From positions 1 through 42,055 of the forward strand of contig NIVC01001875.1 in the NCBI GenBank assembly GCA_002269645.1: a stretch of 42,055 nucleotides of DNA. The letters are read 5' to 3'. The stretch is from Macrostomum lignano (Eukaryota). The notes beneath the pieces were generated by a model. It was not told the DNA's origin, searched no databases, and saw only the letters and a program-made list of their open reading frames with translations. The stretch's first letter is position 1; each line of letters begins with the position of its first letter. A program made the position numbers and the translations under genes. Below, in pieces: positions 1 to 10,954 of the stretch.

Positions 1-1100
1 AGATTTAATAACCTTCAGGAAGTACATCATCAGATTTAAATAACGCTTCAGGAAGTACATCATCGATTTAATCAACCTTCAGGAAGTACATCATCGGATT
101 TAACAACCTTCAGGAAGTACATCATCAGATTTAACAACCTTCAGGAAGTAGATCATCAGATTTAATAACCTTCAGGAGTACATCACAGATTTAATAACCT
201 TCAGGAAGTACATCAATCGGATTTAACAACCTTCAGGAAGTACATCATCAGATTTAACAACCTTCAGGAAGTAGATCATCAGATTTAATAACCTTCAGGA
301 AGTAATCTCATCAGATTTAATAACCTTCAGCAAGTACATCATCGGATTTAAACAACCTTCAGGAAGTCAATCATCAGATTTAACAACCTTCAGGAAGTAC
401 ATCATCGATTTAACAAACCTTCAGGAAGTACATCATCAGATTTAATAACCTTCAGGAAGTACATCATCGATTTAACAACCTTCAGGAAGTACATCATAAG
501 ATTTACAACCTTCAGGAAGTAGATCATCAGATTTAATAACCTTCAGGAAGTACATCATCAGATTTAATAACTTCAGGAAGTACATCATCGATTTAACAAC
601 CTTCAGGAAGTACATCATCAGATTTAACCAACCTTCAGGAAGTAGATCCTCAGATTTAATAACCTTCAGGAAGTATATCATCAGATTTATAACAACTTTT
701 CAGGAAGTACAATTATCAGATTTAACAACATCCAGGATAGTACATCAGATATAACAACCTTCAAGAAGTACATCATCAGATAAAACAACCTTCAGGAAGT
801 AAATCATCAAATTTAACAACCCCAGGAAGTTTACCATCAGATTTAACAACTTCAAGTAGTACATCATCAGATTTAACAACCTTCAGGAAGTTCACCATCA
901 GCTTTAACAACTTCAGGAAGTACATCATTCAGATATAAAAACCCTTCAGGAAGTACATCATCAGATTTATAACAACTTTCAGGAAAGTAGACCATCAGAT
1001 TTAAAAACTTCAGGAAGTACATCATCAGCTTTAAACAACCTTCAGGAAGTACATCATCAGCTTTAACCTTTAACAACATCAATCAGATGCAATGCAACAA
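1..1100. repeat. 31-bp minisatellite (agatttaac/taaccttcaggaagtacatcatc), intronic, runs off the left edge
   Basis: Unit at 1-31 recurs at 32 onward. Many 1-bp indels, and it decays towards 1100. Confidence 0.95.
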
Positions 1101-1248
1101 CCTTCAGGAAGCACGATGTACACTACGCGACATTTGGTCAAGTAAGCAAGACATTAAAAGTGCTCCTCAATTAGGTAAAGCTTTAGGAGGATTCGAGAAG
1201 AGTCGAATAGAAGCCAAACTAAGTCAGAAATAAACGCATCTCACTAAC

Positions 1249-2032
1249 CATGCTTAGCAGATTGGTACGGAGGCGAATCTCTAGATTTAAGCTGCTCCAA
1301 ATAGCGCTCAAAAGCGCCAAATTCCATAGCATTTTCAACGCAGAAGCTATCATCTTCTGTATCGTCCATTCCGTCCGCACCATTCCAGATCTCCGGCTCA
1401 GGAGCATCGTTAAAGTGCAACCCATCCTCGGACGAAACATCGTCCACCTGGCCTTCTCCAATTCGGCCATTATTAGTTGATAAGCGACCATTTCTATCTC
1501 TACCGTTGCTATTCGAATTAACAGAAGACGATTTAGATTGGGAAAATTCTACGTGCCTATCGATGCATTCCATCCATAACTGTACCGGGCGGTTACACAC
1601 GGTGGCTTCGCAGACCACATGGCACTGGTCTTTATAGGCTATGTAGATATCAGTGTCAGGCAAACGATGACGCAATGGCTGCAATCTGCGTATTAGACTC
1701 TCTGTTAGCACTCGCATCACCAAGGCGGAGTTGCTCGGCCCTATATAGGGTATTAGACGTGATTTAGTTCGACCCGGATATGGCAGTCGAGTGAACACAA
1801 CGATAGCCCTTCGAGATCTCTGAGTATTGTGAAACAGTTTCGCTACAGACTGAACCAGCGGAGCAAGAAATTGCAGAGTAACCAGCCAATTTAACAGCTG
1901 CACTGGCCAGCGACAAACGTGACCAGCCACTCTGACAGCGATGCGAATGGTTTCTATAGCAACTAGCCAGATTAGCAGCGCATAGGTGTGCAGCATGCTG
2001 CGCTTTCGTCTGAGCATAGAACCGTGCAGCAT
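1249..2032 (-). CDS. DUF2064/TIGR04282-family (CofC-like nucleotidyl/glycosyltransferase fold) protein, 5' coding exon; gene continues past the left edge
   Basis: AIVVFTRLPYPGRTKSRLIPYIG..SALVMRVLTESLI (from 1807 downward) matches the family N-terminal motif aliiFtr.P.pGktKTRLip.lG. ATG at 2032 has an in-frame TGA two codons upstream. A phase-1 donor G|GTTAGT lies at 1249/1248, just before the ORF stop. Confidence 0.75.
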
Positions 2033-2469
2033 GTTTCAAAACAAAATAAACTAATCAAGTTAGATTAGATTGATGCCTGCAATTTGAACCTTGGCTGACA
2101 ATGCTGCAAAATAATTCGGGTGGAGCGGGGGGGGGGGGGTTAAACTGACTATGGGTTTGAACTTCTGATGAAAATATGTAATGAACTTGTATGCAATGGT
2201 GAGCTCAGCACGCCTGTGTAGTATGAGACAAACCAGGCTTACAACCTAAGGTCTGCAACCCTGCACACCTGTACCCCCTCTATTATGGTGCAGGAATAGC
2301 AGAACTCTCCCAAGCTGACTCACAAGCCAACCCAGGGGTTCACATTCCACATGTGCTCAGGGCACCTCTAGGGCTGCTGGACTTGGCTTCTGTCTTGGCC
2401 ATATTGGGTGCCCAGAAGCAAACCTGTGTGTATCAAGGTATATCTGGCTATGGCTCTGAAGATCAGGAA

Positions 2470-2641
2470 CATGCTTGGGCGCAACCTAAGGATTCACCCG
2501 GCCGTTTCTATTGGCAACACACGCATGAAAGTCGCTATTGGACGGAATAGTAGTCACGTGACTGCTCTCAACCAATAGCGACTTACATGTGTGTGTTGCC
2601 AATAGAAACGGCCGAGTGATTCCCAAGGTTGCGCATGTATG
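2470..2641. mobile_element. Palindromic hAT-type MITE (172 bp)
   Basis: 8-bp direct repeat atcaggaa at 2462-2469 and 2642-2649. Arms 2499-2541 and 2572-2614 are reverse complements (2 mismatches in 43). The right end ttgcgcatgtatg matches the TIR of the 3961-4259 element. Confidence 0.75.
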
Positions 2642-3769
2642 ATCAGGAATCACCCCCTCTGACCTTAACAGGGTATGCAGCCAGTTTGCAGGTTCTAGAG
2701 ATAGCCTTCCTGTTGCCCTCAAGGGCCCAGTGTAGTACTGAGCTAACGGACTTAAGGTATGGCTTATAGTTTTTCCAAGCTTCTCAGTTGCTAGTGGTTA
2801 TACCAATAAGGGCCACAGATACTAAAATAACTAGATGAGCAACTCAGGCATATTATATATATATATATACTTAGTAAAATAGCATTTTTACTTTTAGTTC
2901 AATTGCAATGAAGAACACAAGCTATTTCATAAAAATAAAGGTACCTCAAATGACTGAACTATAAAATTGAAATTTTTTATTTCTACAAGTATTACTCGTA
3001 TAACTCCTTTTTAGTCATAATTTTGACTATAGATAACTATTTTGAGTTTCTTAATCTTATAAAGGTCTTGGTTAAGGGCTAAAAAATATCATATTTTTTT
3101 CGTTTTTTTAAGACTCAAGATCTATACTATTAAGACAATTGAGATTTGACCAAGATTTAAGATTAAGCCTAATTAGTATATAGTAGGTCTATTTATAATT
3201 AAATCTATTAATGCTAATATTTTTATTTTTTAAATATATACAATAATGATAATAGAAGAAAAAACAATGATAATTTAATATTGAGCTTGTTAATAACTTG
3301 ATATATTCATTTATACCCTTTAAATAAAAACTTTTTCTTCAAATATAAGTATAATAATATTATTCATAATCACAAAAAATCATAGTCATGATATAAATCA
3401 TAACTTTTTCTCAGGATCTTAAAGCCAAGATTGAAATTAAGTGAAGTGCTAAAATTTTAAGAATCAAGATTAAGATCTTGACTTGTCCAACCTCTAGTCT
3501 TATACTCTTAATGACCTACTTTCTATTATTTTCTATAGTTTTATATTGCAACAATCTTTAAACAAAAAACAATTTATTGAATAATCAATAAAATAACAAT
3601 AAGAAAACTATTAAAGTTTTAATTAGCTTTGCATAATTAATTTTAGTTTGAACTAGCAATCTTCGCCTACCAATGGGGACATCTGGATAGAATCTTTGTT
3701 CTTTACAAGTAACAAATAGACAGCAAAATAAAGCCTTCATAAAAAACAACAGATATTCCTTCTAAAAAC

Positions 3770-4690
3770 AAAACATCCCAAGACAGCAAGCATCCCCAGA
3801 CAGCATTCAAGCATTGATCCCCAAATAGCAAGCATCCCTCAGATTGCAAGCATCCTACAGATAGCAAGCATCCCCCAGCTAGCAAGCATCCTCCAGACCC
3901 TAGATAGCAAGCATCCCCCAGACTATAAGCATCCCCCAGATAGCAAGCATCCCCCAGATACATACATGCGCAATAGTCGGCCGAGTTGGCCAATCTGGCT
4001 GACCGATTTGGCGGCCAACCAAGGAAGTCGCAAAAATGCCCACCCAAAAAAATAACCCAAGTAGTAGTACTAAGTAGCTGACAAGGCATTTTGGCTTAAT
4101 AAGACAGTCATAGTTACTTCTGCCATTTACCCAAAGTTGCATTAATTTTGCTTTAGGGTTTTTTTACATGTAAGTTGCATTTTTGGCCAAAAACTATGTC
4201 GCATTTTTGTTAAAACTAAGTTGCATGGCTGACCGAATTATGGAAATTGCTCATGTATGCCCAGATAGCAAGCATCCCCCAGATAGCAAGCATCCCCCAG
4301 ATGGCAAGCATCCCCCAGATAGCAAGCATCCCCCAGATAGCAAGCATCCCCCAGATGGCAAGCATCCCCCAGATAGCAAGCATCTCCCAGATAGCAAGCA
4401 TCCCCCAGATAGCAAGCATCCCCCAGATAGCAAGCATCGCCCAGATAGCAAGCATCCCCCAGACTGCAAGCAACCTCAGATAGCAAGCATAACCTAGATA
4501 CAAAGAGACCTTATAGATATCTAGCAACCCCCTCTCAGATAGCAAGTACCCTCCACCCCCCAAAAGCAAGCATCTCCCAATAGCAGGTTACCCCAGTAGC
4601 AAGCATCCCCCCAATAGCAAGCATCCCTCAGATAGCAAGCATCCCCCTAATAGCAAGTATTCCATCCTTAAATAGCAAGCATCCACCAGA
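3770..4690. repeat. 18-bp minisatellite (agatagcaagcatccccc), interrupted by a MITE at 3961-4259
   Basis: Clear 18-bp period at 4261-4500. It generates the DSKHPP, QIASIP and LGDACY ORF artefacts. Confidence 0.95.
3961..4259. mobile_element. hAT-type MITE (299 bp) inserted in the 18-bp array
   Basis: TIR catacatgcgcaat / attgctcatgtatg (13/14). 8-bp duplication cccagata at 3953-3960 and 4260-4267. Subterminal gttgcat/gtcgcat motifs. Confidence 0.75.
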
Positions 4691-4739
4691 GAACAAGTAG
4701 CTAGTGCAATAATTTCCTTAGCTTTATAGTGGCTCCATT

Positions 4740-6460
4740 TTGTTTGGCATGATACTTCTTTTTATGTTTGAAATGTTGGCTCTTTAGTGTTTGACATGGT
4801 GGCTCTTCTATGTTTGACATGGTGGATCTTCTATGTTTGACATGGTAGCTCTTTAATGTTTGACATGGTGGCTCTTTAATTTTTGACATGGTGGCTCTTT
4901 AATGTTTGACATGGTGGCTCTTTAATGTTTTATATGGTGTCTCTAAGCCTCTTCTACATGTATGTTTGACATGGTGGCTCTTTTCTGTTTGACATGATAG
5001 CTCTTTAATGTTTGACATGGTGGCTCTTCTATATTTGACATGGTAGCACTTTAATCTTTGAAATGGTGGCTCTTTAATTTTTGACATGGTGGCTCTTTAA
5101 TGTTTGACATGGTGGCTTTTTTATGTTTGACATGGTGGCTCTTTATTGTCTTACATAGTGGCTCTCATGTTTGACATATTGGCTCTTATGTTTGACATGG
5201 TGGCTCTTTTATGTTTGACATTGTGCCTCTTTAATGTTTGATATGGTGCTTCTTTTTTGTTTGAAATGGTGGCTTTTTAATGTTTAACATAGTGGCTCTA
5301 ATGTTTGACATGGAGTCACATATATGTTCAACATGGAGTCACATATATGTTCGACATGGTAGCGCTTTTTTATGTTTGACATGGTGTCTCTTTAATGTTT
5401 AACTTGGAGTCACGTATATGTTTGATATGGAGTCATATATATGTTTGACATGAAGTCACTTATATTTTCAACATGGACTCACATATATGTTTGACATGGA
5501 GTCACGTATATGTTTGACATGTAGTCTCATATATGTTTGATATGGTAATTCTTTTATGTTTGACATGGTGTCTCTTTAATGTGGGACATGGTGGCTCTTT
5601 AATGTTTGACACGGTGGCTTTTTAATATTTGAAATGGTGGCTCTTTTATGTTTGACATGGAGTCATGCATTTGTTTGACATAGTAGCTCTTTTATGTTTG
5701 ACATGGTGGCTCTTTAATTGTTTGACATGGAGTCATGTATATGTTTGACATGTAGTCACGTATAAATTTGACTTAGTGGTTCTTTTATGTTTGACATAGT
5801 GGTTCTTTTATGTTTGATATGGTTGCTCTTTAATGTTTGAAATGGTGTCACATATATGTTCAATATAGAGTCAAGTATATATTTGACATGGCGGCTCTTT
5901 TGTGTTTGACATGATAGCTCTTTAATGTTTGACATGGTGGCTCTTCTATGTTTGACATGGTAGCACTTTAATCTTCAACATGGTGGTTCTTTAATGTTTG
6001 ACATGGTGGCTCTTTAATGTTTGACATAGTGGCTCTTTTATGCTTGACATGGTGGCTCTTTATTGTCTTACATAGTGGCTTTCATGTTTGACATGTTGGC
6101 TTTTATATTTGACATGGTGGCTCTTTTATGTTTGAAATGGTGGCTCTTTTAGGTTTGACATAGTGGCTCTTTTATGTTTGACATAGTGGCTCTTTTATGT
6201 TTGACATAGTGGCTCTTTAATGTTTGACATAGAGTCACGTATATGTTCAACATGGAGTCACATATATGTTCGACATGGTAGCTATTTTATGTTTGACATG
6301 GTGTCTCTTTAATGTTTGGCATGATGGCTCTTTTAAGTTTGACATGGAAGCTCTTAATTGTTTGACATGATGGCTCTTTTATATTTGACATGGTGGGGCT
6401 TTTTTATGTTTGACATGGTGCTACTTTTATGTTTGACTTTGTGCTTCTTTTATGTTTAGC
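4740..6460. repeat. ~22-23-bp minisatellite (atgtttgacatggtggctcttta) with a gagtcacatat subtype
   Basis: Repeated tttgacatggtggctc core. A variant block is duplicated at ~917-bp offset. Confidence 0.95.
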
Positions 6461-7260
6461 ATTTTTCAAGTGTTTTATTAAAAAAATCATTTTGCGCTAT
6501 TAAGATTCGAATCTAGGTCGCTACATTAGCAGTCCAGTCTGTTCGCATCTAGGCTATCTCTTTTCAATTGGAGAATATGAACTGTTGCCCTTATAATTCA
6601 ATTTTACAGCAAGTCAGTTAGTAAAAAGTTATGACATAATCAATATCTCAGTCGGCTAGTATCAATCTCAATTAAAGTTAGCAATACGAGCTCGTATTGG
6701 TTACGCAATTTAAATCAAGTTGTATATGCATTTCTTTGGCACTGTTTTCAACTTGTGATGTAATCTTTATCAGATTTGAAATTCAGTCAGTCAGGTTTTT
6801 TCTAGTATTCTTACAATGCATTTCAAGTCGAAAAATTTTTTTGACCTCTGCAAAAGAGCATGTTTTTCGAATATTTAATCTGTTTAACATTGATAAATTT
6901 CTTAGCCAAGATGCATGTACTGCCCTAGGAAAATTTCTGATTGAATGGTGCAAGTTTGAAGAAAATAAATTAAGCTGTTTTTTCTGAAATCAATCGCATA
7001 CCCATATATATACATATACAGACAACTCATTTTTAGTATATTGGACTAGCTGGGGTAGGCTGTCTGCCAGTATCCAGAATTTTTATTATACCCCCCTTAA
7101 TTGGTTACACAAGTTAAATAGAGTAATTATCTAGGCAGTGAGGCAGAGTGAGTTTTCTTATCAGTTGGCTCTGGCACAATCATTAAAATTGACTGTGAAG
7201 TTTCTTGCTGATAAAATTTGCATTGAAAAACCCCATTTAAAACAGTTTTTCAAATATTTA

Positions 7261-7500
7261 ATCCCTTTAGCAATGAGCTAGAGCTTAATGAAAATGCATG
7301 TACCGTCCTGGGCACATTTGACATCTTTTGGTGAAGAAACGAAGAAAATCAGTTAAGCCATTCAGGAGAAAATCGATTTAATTCCTTTAGCAATGAGCTA
7401 GAGCTTAATAAAAATGCATGTACTATACTGGGCATATTTGACATCTTTTGGTGAAGAAACAGATAAAATTGGTTAAGCTATTCAGAAGAAAATTGATTGC
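7261..7500. repeat. 120-bp tandem duplication, with a related degenerate copy near 6890-6995
   Basis: cctttagcaatgagctagagcttaat...gacatcttttggtgaagaaac occurs at 7261-7380 and 7381-7500. Confidence 0.85.
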
Positions 7501-10500
7501 GTACAAGCAAGCAAGCAAGCAATTTTTTCATTTTTAGAATATTAATTAGAGATTTAGTATATTTAGATGAAGAATTGCTCTCTCTAGAGTGTTATGGACA
7601 TTCAAGCAAGCAAGCATACAAACCTTAGAGATTTAGTATATTTACACTATAGATTTGTACAAGTGACTATCAAATAACATAGAAAGTATTATTTGGCATG
7701 CCGCATTGCCGCATGGCAAGCCTAGGCCTATATGAATATAAACTTATAAAAATTATGTAAAACAAACTACAACATTGTTGTTTTAGTCAAGAAAACAACT
7801 AAATAAACTTATCTATTGCATTTAAGCCTACTTTATAAGAGAAAAAATGAAATTAAATCCTAATGGCATTGGTTTTACTTTTAGTTTATATTTGTTTCAT
7901 TTGTTAGCTTGCCATATATAACTAGGTAGGGTATAACTTTTTTAAGGCATTTACTAATTTTCAAAAGTAAAGACTAAAGTAGGCCTATCTTTTTAATTTT
8001 AGGCCTAGCCTACTTTTATCTTTTAATGAGACTTGAATAAAATGGAAAAATAGTAGGCCTAGGCCTAGCCCTAGCCCCTAGCTAGGCCTAGGCCTACTAA
8101 ATAAAAATAACTCAAAAATCACATTGGAATCTCTAGGTCTAGGACTCCAGGCTAAACAATAGTAATGAATAGGGGCCTACCTAATAAAGAGGTCAAAAAG
8201 ATCTTAGCCCTAATCTTGATCTTGTCTTAGGGCTATCGCCCTATTTAAGTCCTCTTGAAAATTGACTTCTTCTTCTTGATTGTAGATTTATATTTTTTAA
8301 GATGTAAGTTTTTTATCTAAAATTCCACTCCCTAGCAATATTTTACTAATTAACTCTAGTAGCCTTGTTCGTACATACACATCAGTACTGCAAAGTGGAA
8401 GACTAGTGACGTGTAGGCCTAGAATATTAGGCATAGCTTAGTTATGTATTTATGTTATTCACGTCATTAGTCATTTGAACTTAACTCAAGGAGTCACCGA
8501 CAGTTCATTGATCACCCATGGAGTACATGCATAGTATTTGGAGGTCTAATGGTTCCTAAGGATTTATATATGGCTAGATTTTTTGACCTGGCTGGGCACC
8601 TAAACTAGACATGCGTAGGGTGCGTGTTATGCAAAATTTTCACCTAGGCTCAGATAGCTAGCTAGCTTGGAGCACGCTCTAACTTGGGTAGTCCGTGCAC
8701 CCTTAACTGAAAATTTTCTAGACTTAATGCGAAGTGCATGCGCACTGTGATAAAAATTAACGCAAAACTGCTCCGGGCCGTAACTTTGTTTATTACGCTC
8801 ATTATAAGTAAATATTAAAGCATTTAGCCTAAAAACGTTGAATTAACACTAAAATTTAATTAAATTAACTGTTTTAAACTATAATTACTGTTAATATAGA
8901 CTGTTTTTGTCGGCATGCTAGGTTTAAGAAAGCGTTGTACTAAATTTAACCTGCTCAAAAAGGCAGCTTTTAAAATATAATCGTCGTACTTCGTACTTGT
9001 AGACTTCTTGTTGTTATTGTAAATGAAATTGCTTTGGACCTTTACTGTGATCCTCTCGCTTTTCTCCGAAAAGAAAAAATCAGGATTTTTTCGTTTAGTT
9101 CAGCGACTTTTCTCTCCATTTGCTTTAATTGATTTTTTGCGAATGATAGGGCTCTTAATGTTAGTGTTAGGCTTACTTAATATAGACCTTGCCATACTCG
9201 TACTCTCTCAGGATTTCTGAATTAAAATCACAAGAAGCTTAACCTTTACCCAACTATTTTTATGTATGAGGTATATAGACAAATCTTAAATCCGATTTTA
9301 TTGTACCTTGTATTGTTCTTTTTGTCAGCTAGGAATCATACATAGCATCACTTCATATCTATCTTGCATCTAATCCAGACTAGAGAATAGATTAGTATAA
9401 TTTGAACTTATGGTATTAATTTTGATTTGTTTTGTCAATATTAAACTATGTGGAGGTTCACTCAATGTTGCACTTTTGGCCCTATTATTGTACTTTATAT
9501 ATTTCTCAATTTAGATATAGCTAGTAACCCATTGGATTGCATTGATTGAAAACATAAAACTTTCTTATCTATTATGCATCTTTATCAGACTAGACTTTAA
9601 GTTTAACAGTCAGTCAATTAAGTTTCTTGTGATTGAACTATATAAGGTGCAAATAAGTTAAACTACAACACACTGGTACAATCTGTATGCAATGTTTTAT
9701 TTATAATATTTTACTTAAGGCAATAAAACTATGGTCATATTGATTAAAATAAGTAACTTTCCAATCATAAATATTATAAATTAAAAATGGCAACATTGGA
9801 TAAACATTTATATTTCCCAGGCCTAATGCTTTCTATTCAGTAATTAAGAAATTTGGTATTGAATTCCGAAGAATATATTACTTATAAATTATTATTTTAA
9901 ATCATACATAAATGTTACTACTTGTAGCCATAACAAGGCTCGCGTATCAGTAAAATTTTATGATAGAATACTAGCATCGTTTTAAGATTTTACCATAAAA
10001 AAACAGACCTGTTGCAGTGTACAGCTTTTGCAGCAGTATAAGTAAACAGCATCTTGTGGCGAATCATAAGTTCGTAAAAATCTTGTAATGATTAATCAGA
10101 AATTAACTGAGATGAAGTGACGCCCAAAGTTGACATTCAATACTTTGCTAGCCGCCTATCTTTAGAGATGTCCAACAATGTGGGCATTTAGCTGACTGAA
10201 TTATAATGACTAATTGGCCCCATCGTACGTCGACCTGTGATAATCGGCACTCTTATCAGTTCCAATGGACAAGATCAAACCAGAGCCAGAACGTGTACAC
10301 CCACACACCCACAGACACACGCAGCTAAACATAATGCAGAATGAAGTCGCCTTGGCAAAGGAATTGTGTCTAATTTTAGTCATGCTATGGCTAAACACTA
10401 AAGAGGTAACAGAATCTCTATCGTTCCTTTATCCAACCCGTGTATATGCTCTATACGCAATCTCTTATCTACGAATTAAGCTAAGTCCCTCTATTTGCCC

Positions 10501-10539
10501 AGACCCAATGGCGCTTGCCTGCATTTCTATGCTCTGCGC

Positions 10540-10665
10540 GTAAACGCGTGCGTAACGCCCAATTCCAAGCCAAACCGTGGCCAATGAGGCGTGGACAAAA
10601 ATGTTCGCATCGGCCAATCGATGCCCATGCAGTCCGTTACATCCCCGGCGAGCTTATTTAAACAA
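10540..10665 (+). promoter_or_regulatory. Probable promoter of the C2CD2L-like gene
   Basis: CpG-rich island with CCAAT at 10581 and 10614 (33-bp spacing) and TATTTAAA at 10655, about 300 bp upstream of the ATG at 10955. Confidence 0.5.
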
Positions 10666-10954
10666 AATTGTAGGCGTTTATAGCAGAAGAGCTTTCTAAT
10701 TTTCCAATAACCGATACTAGAATAGCTTGAAATATTTCAGCTTTTCCCTGGCAAGCTACACCGCATGAGAAGACCTGCAATAAGAACTCAACGGCTATAG
10801 AAATCCATTTTTTCGCAATTTCTCCGCAAACATGACTGGATAGATTTTATTTAGCAACGCCTCCTATTGAGAGAAGAGCAAAAGTCTTCTCTTGTTCGAG
10901 ATTTTGTTTTGCTCTGATTTTTCTTCTTCCGTCATTGTTGAACCAAGCACCGGC

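Noticed and set aside
1250-1491. Overlapping 76-aa and 90-aa ORFs
   Set aside because: Shadow frames of the DUF2064 exon.
3040-3500. Recurrent tcttga/tcaaga motifs and a possible hAT-like end near 3480-3497
   Set aside because: Too degenerate; I found no matching TIR or TSD.
3703-5087. DSKHPP, QIASIP, LGDACY and KSHHVKH repeat ORFs
   Set aside because: Open in several frames on both strands, as expected for satellites, with no splice context.
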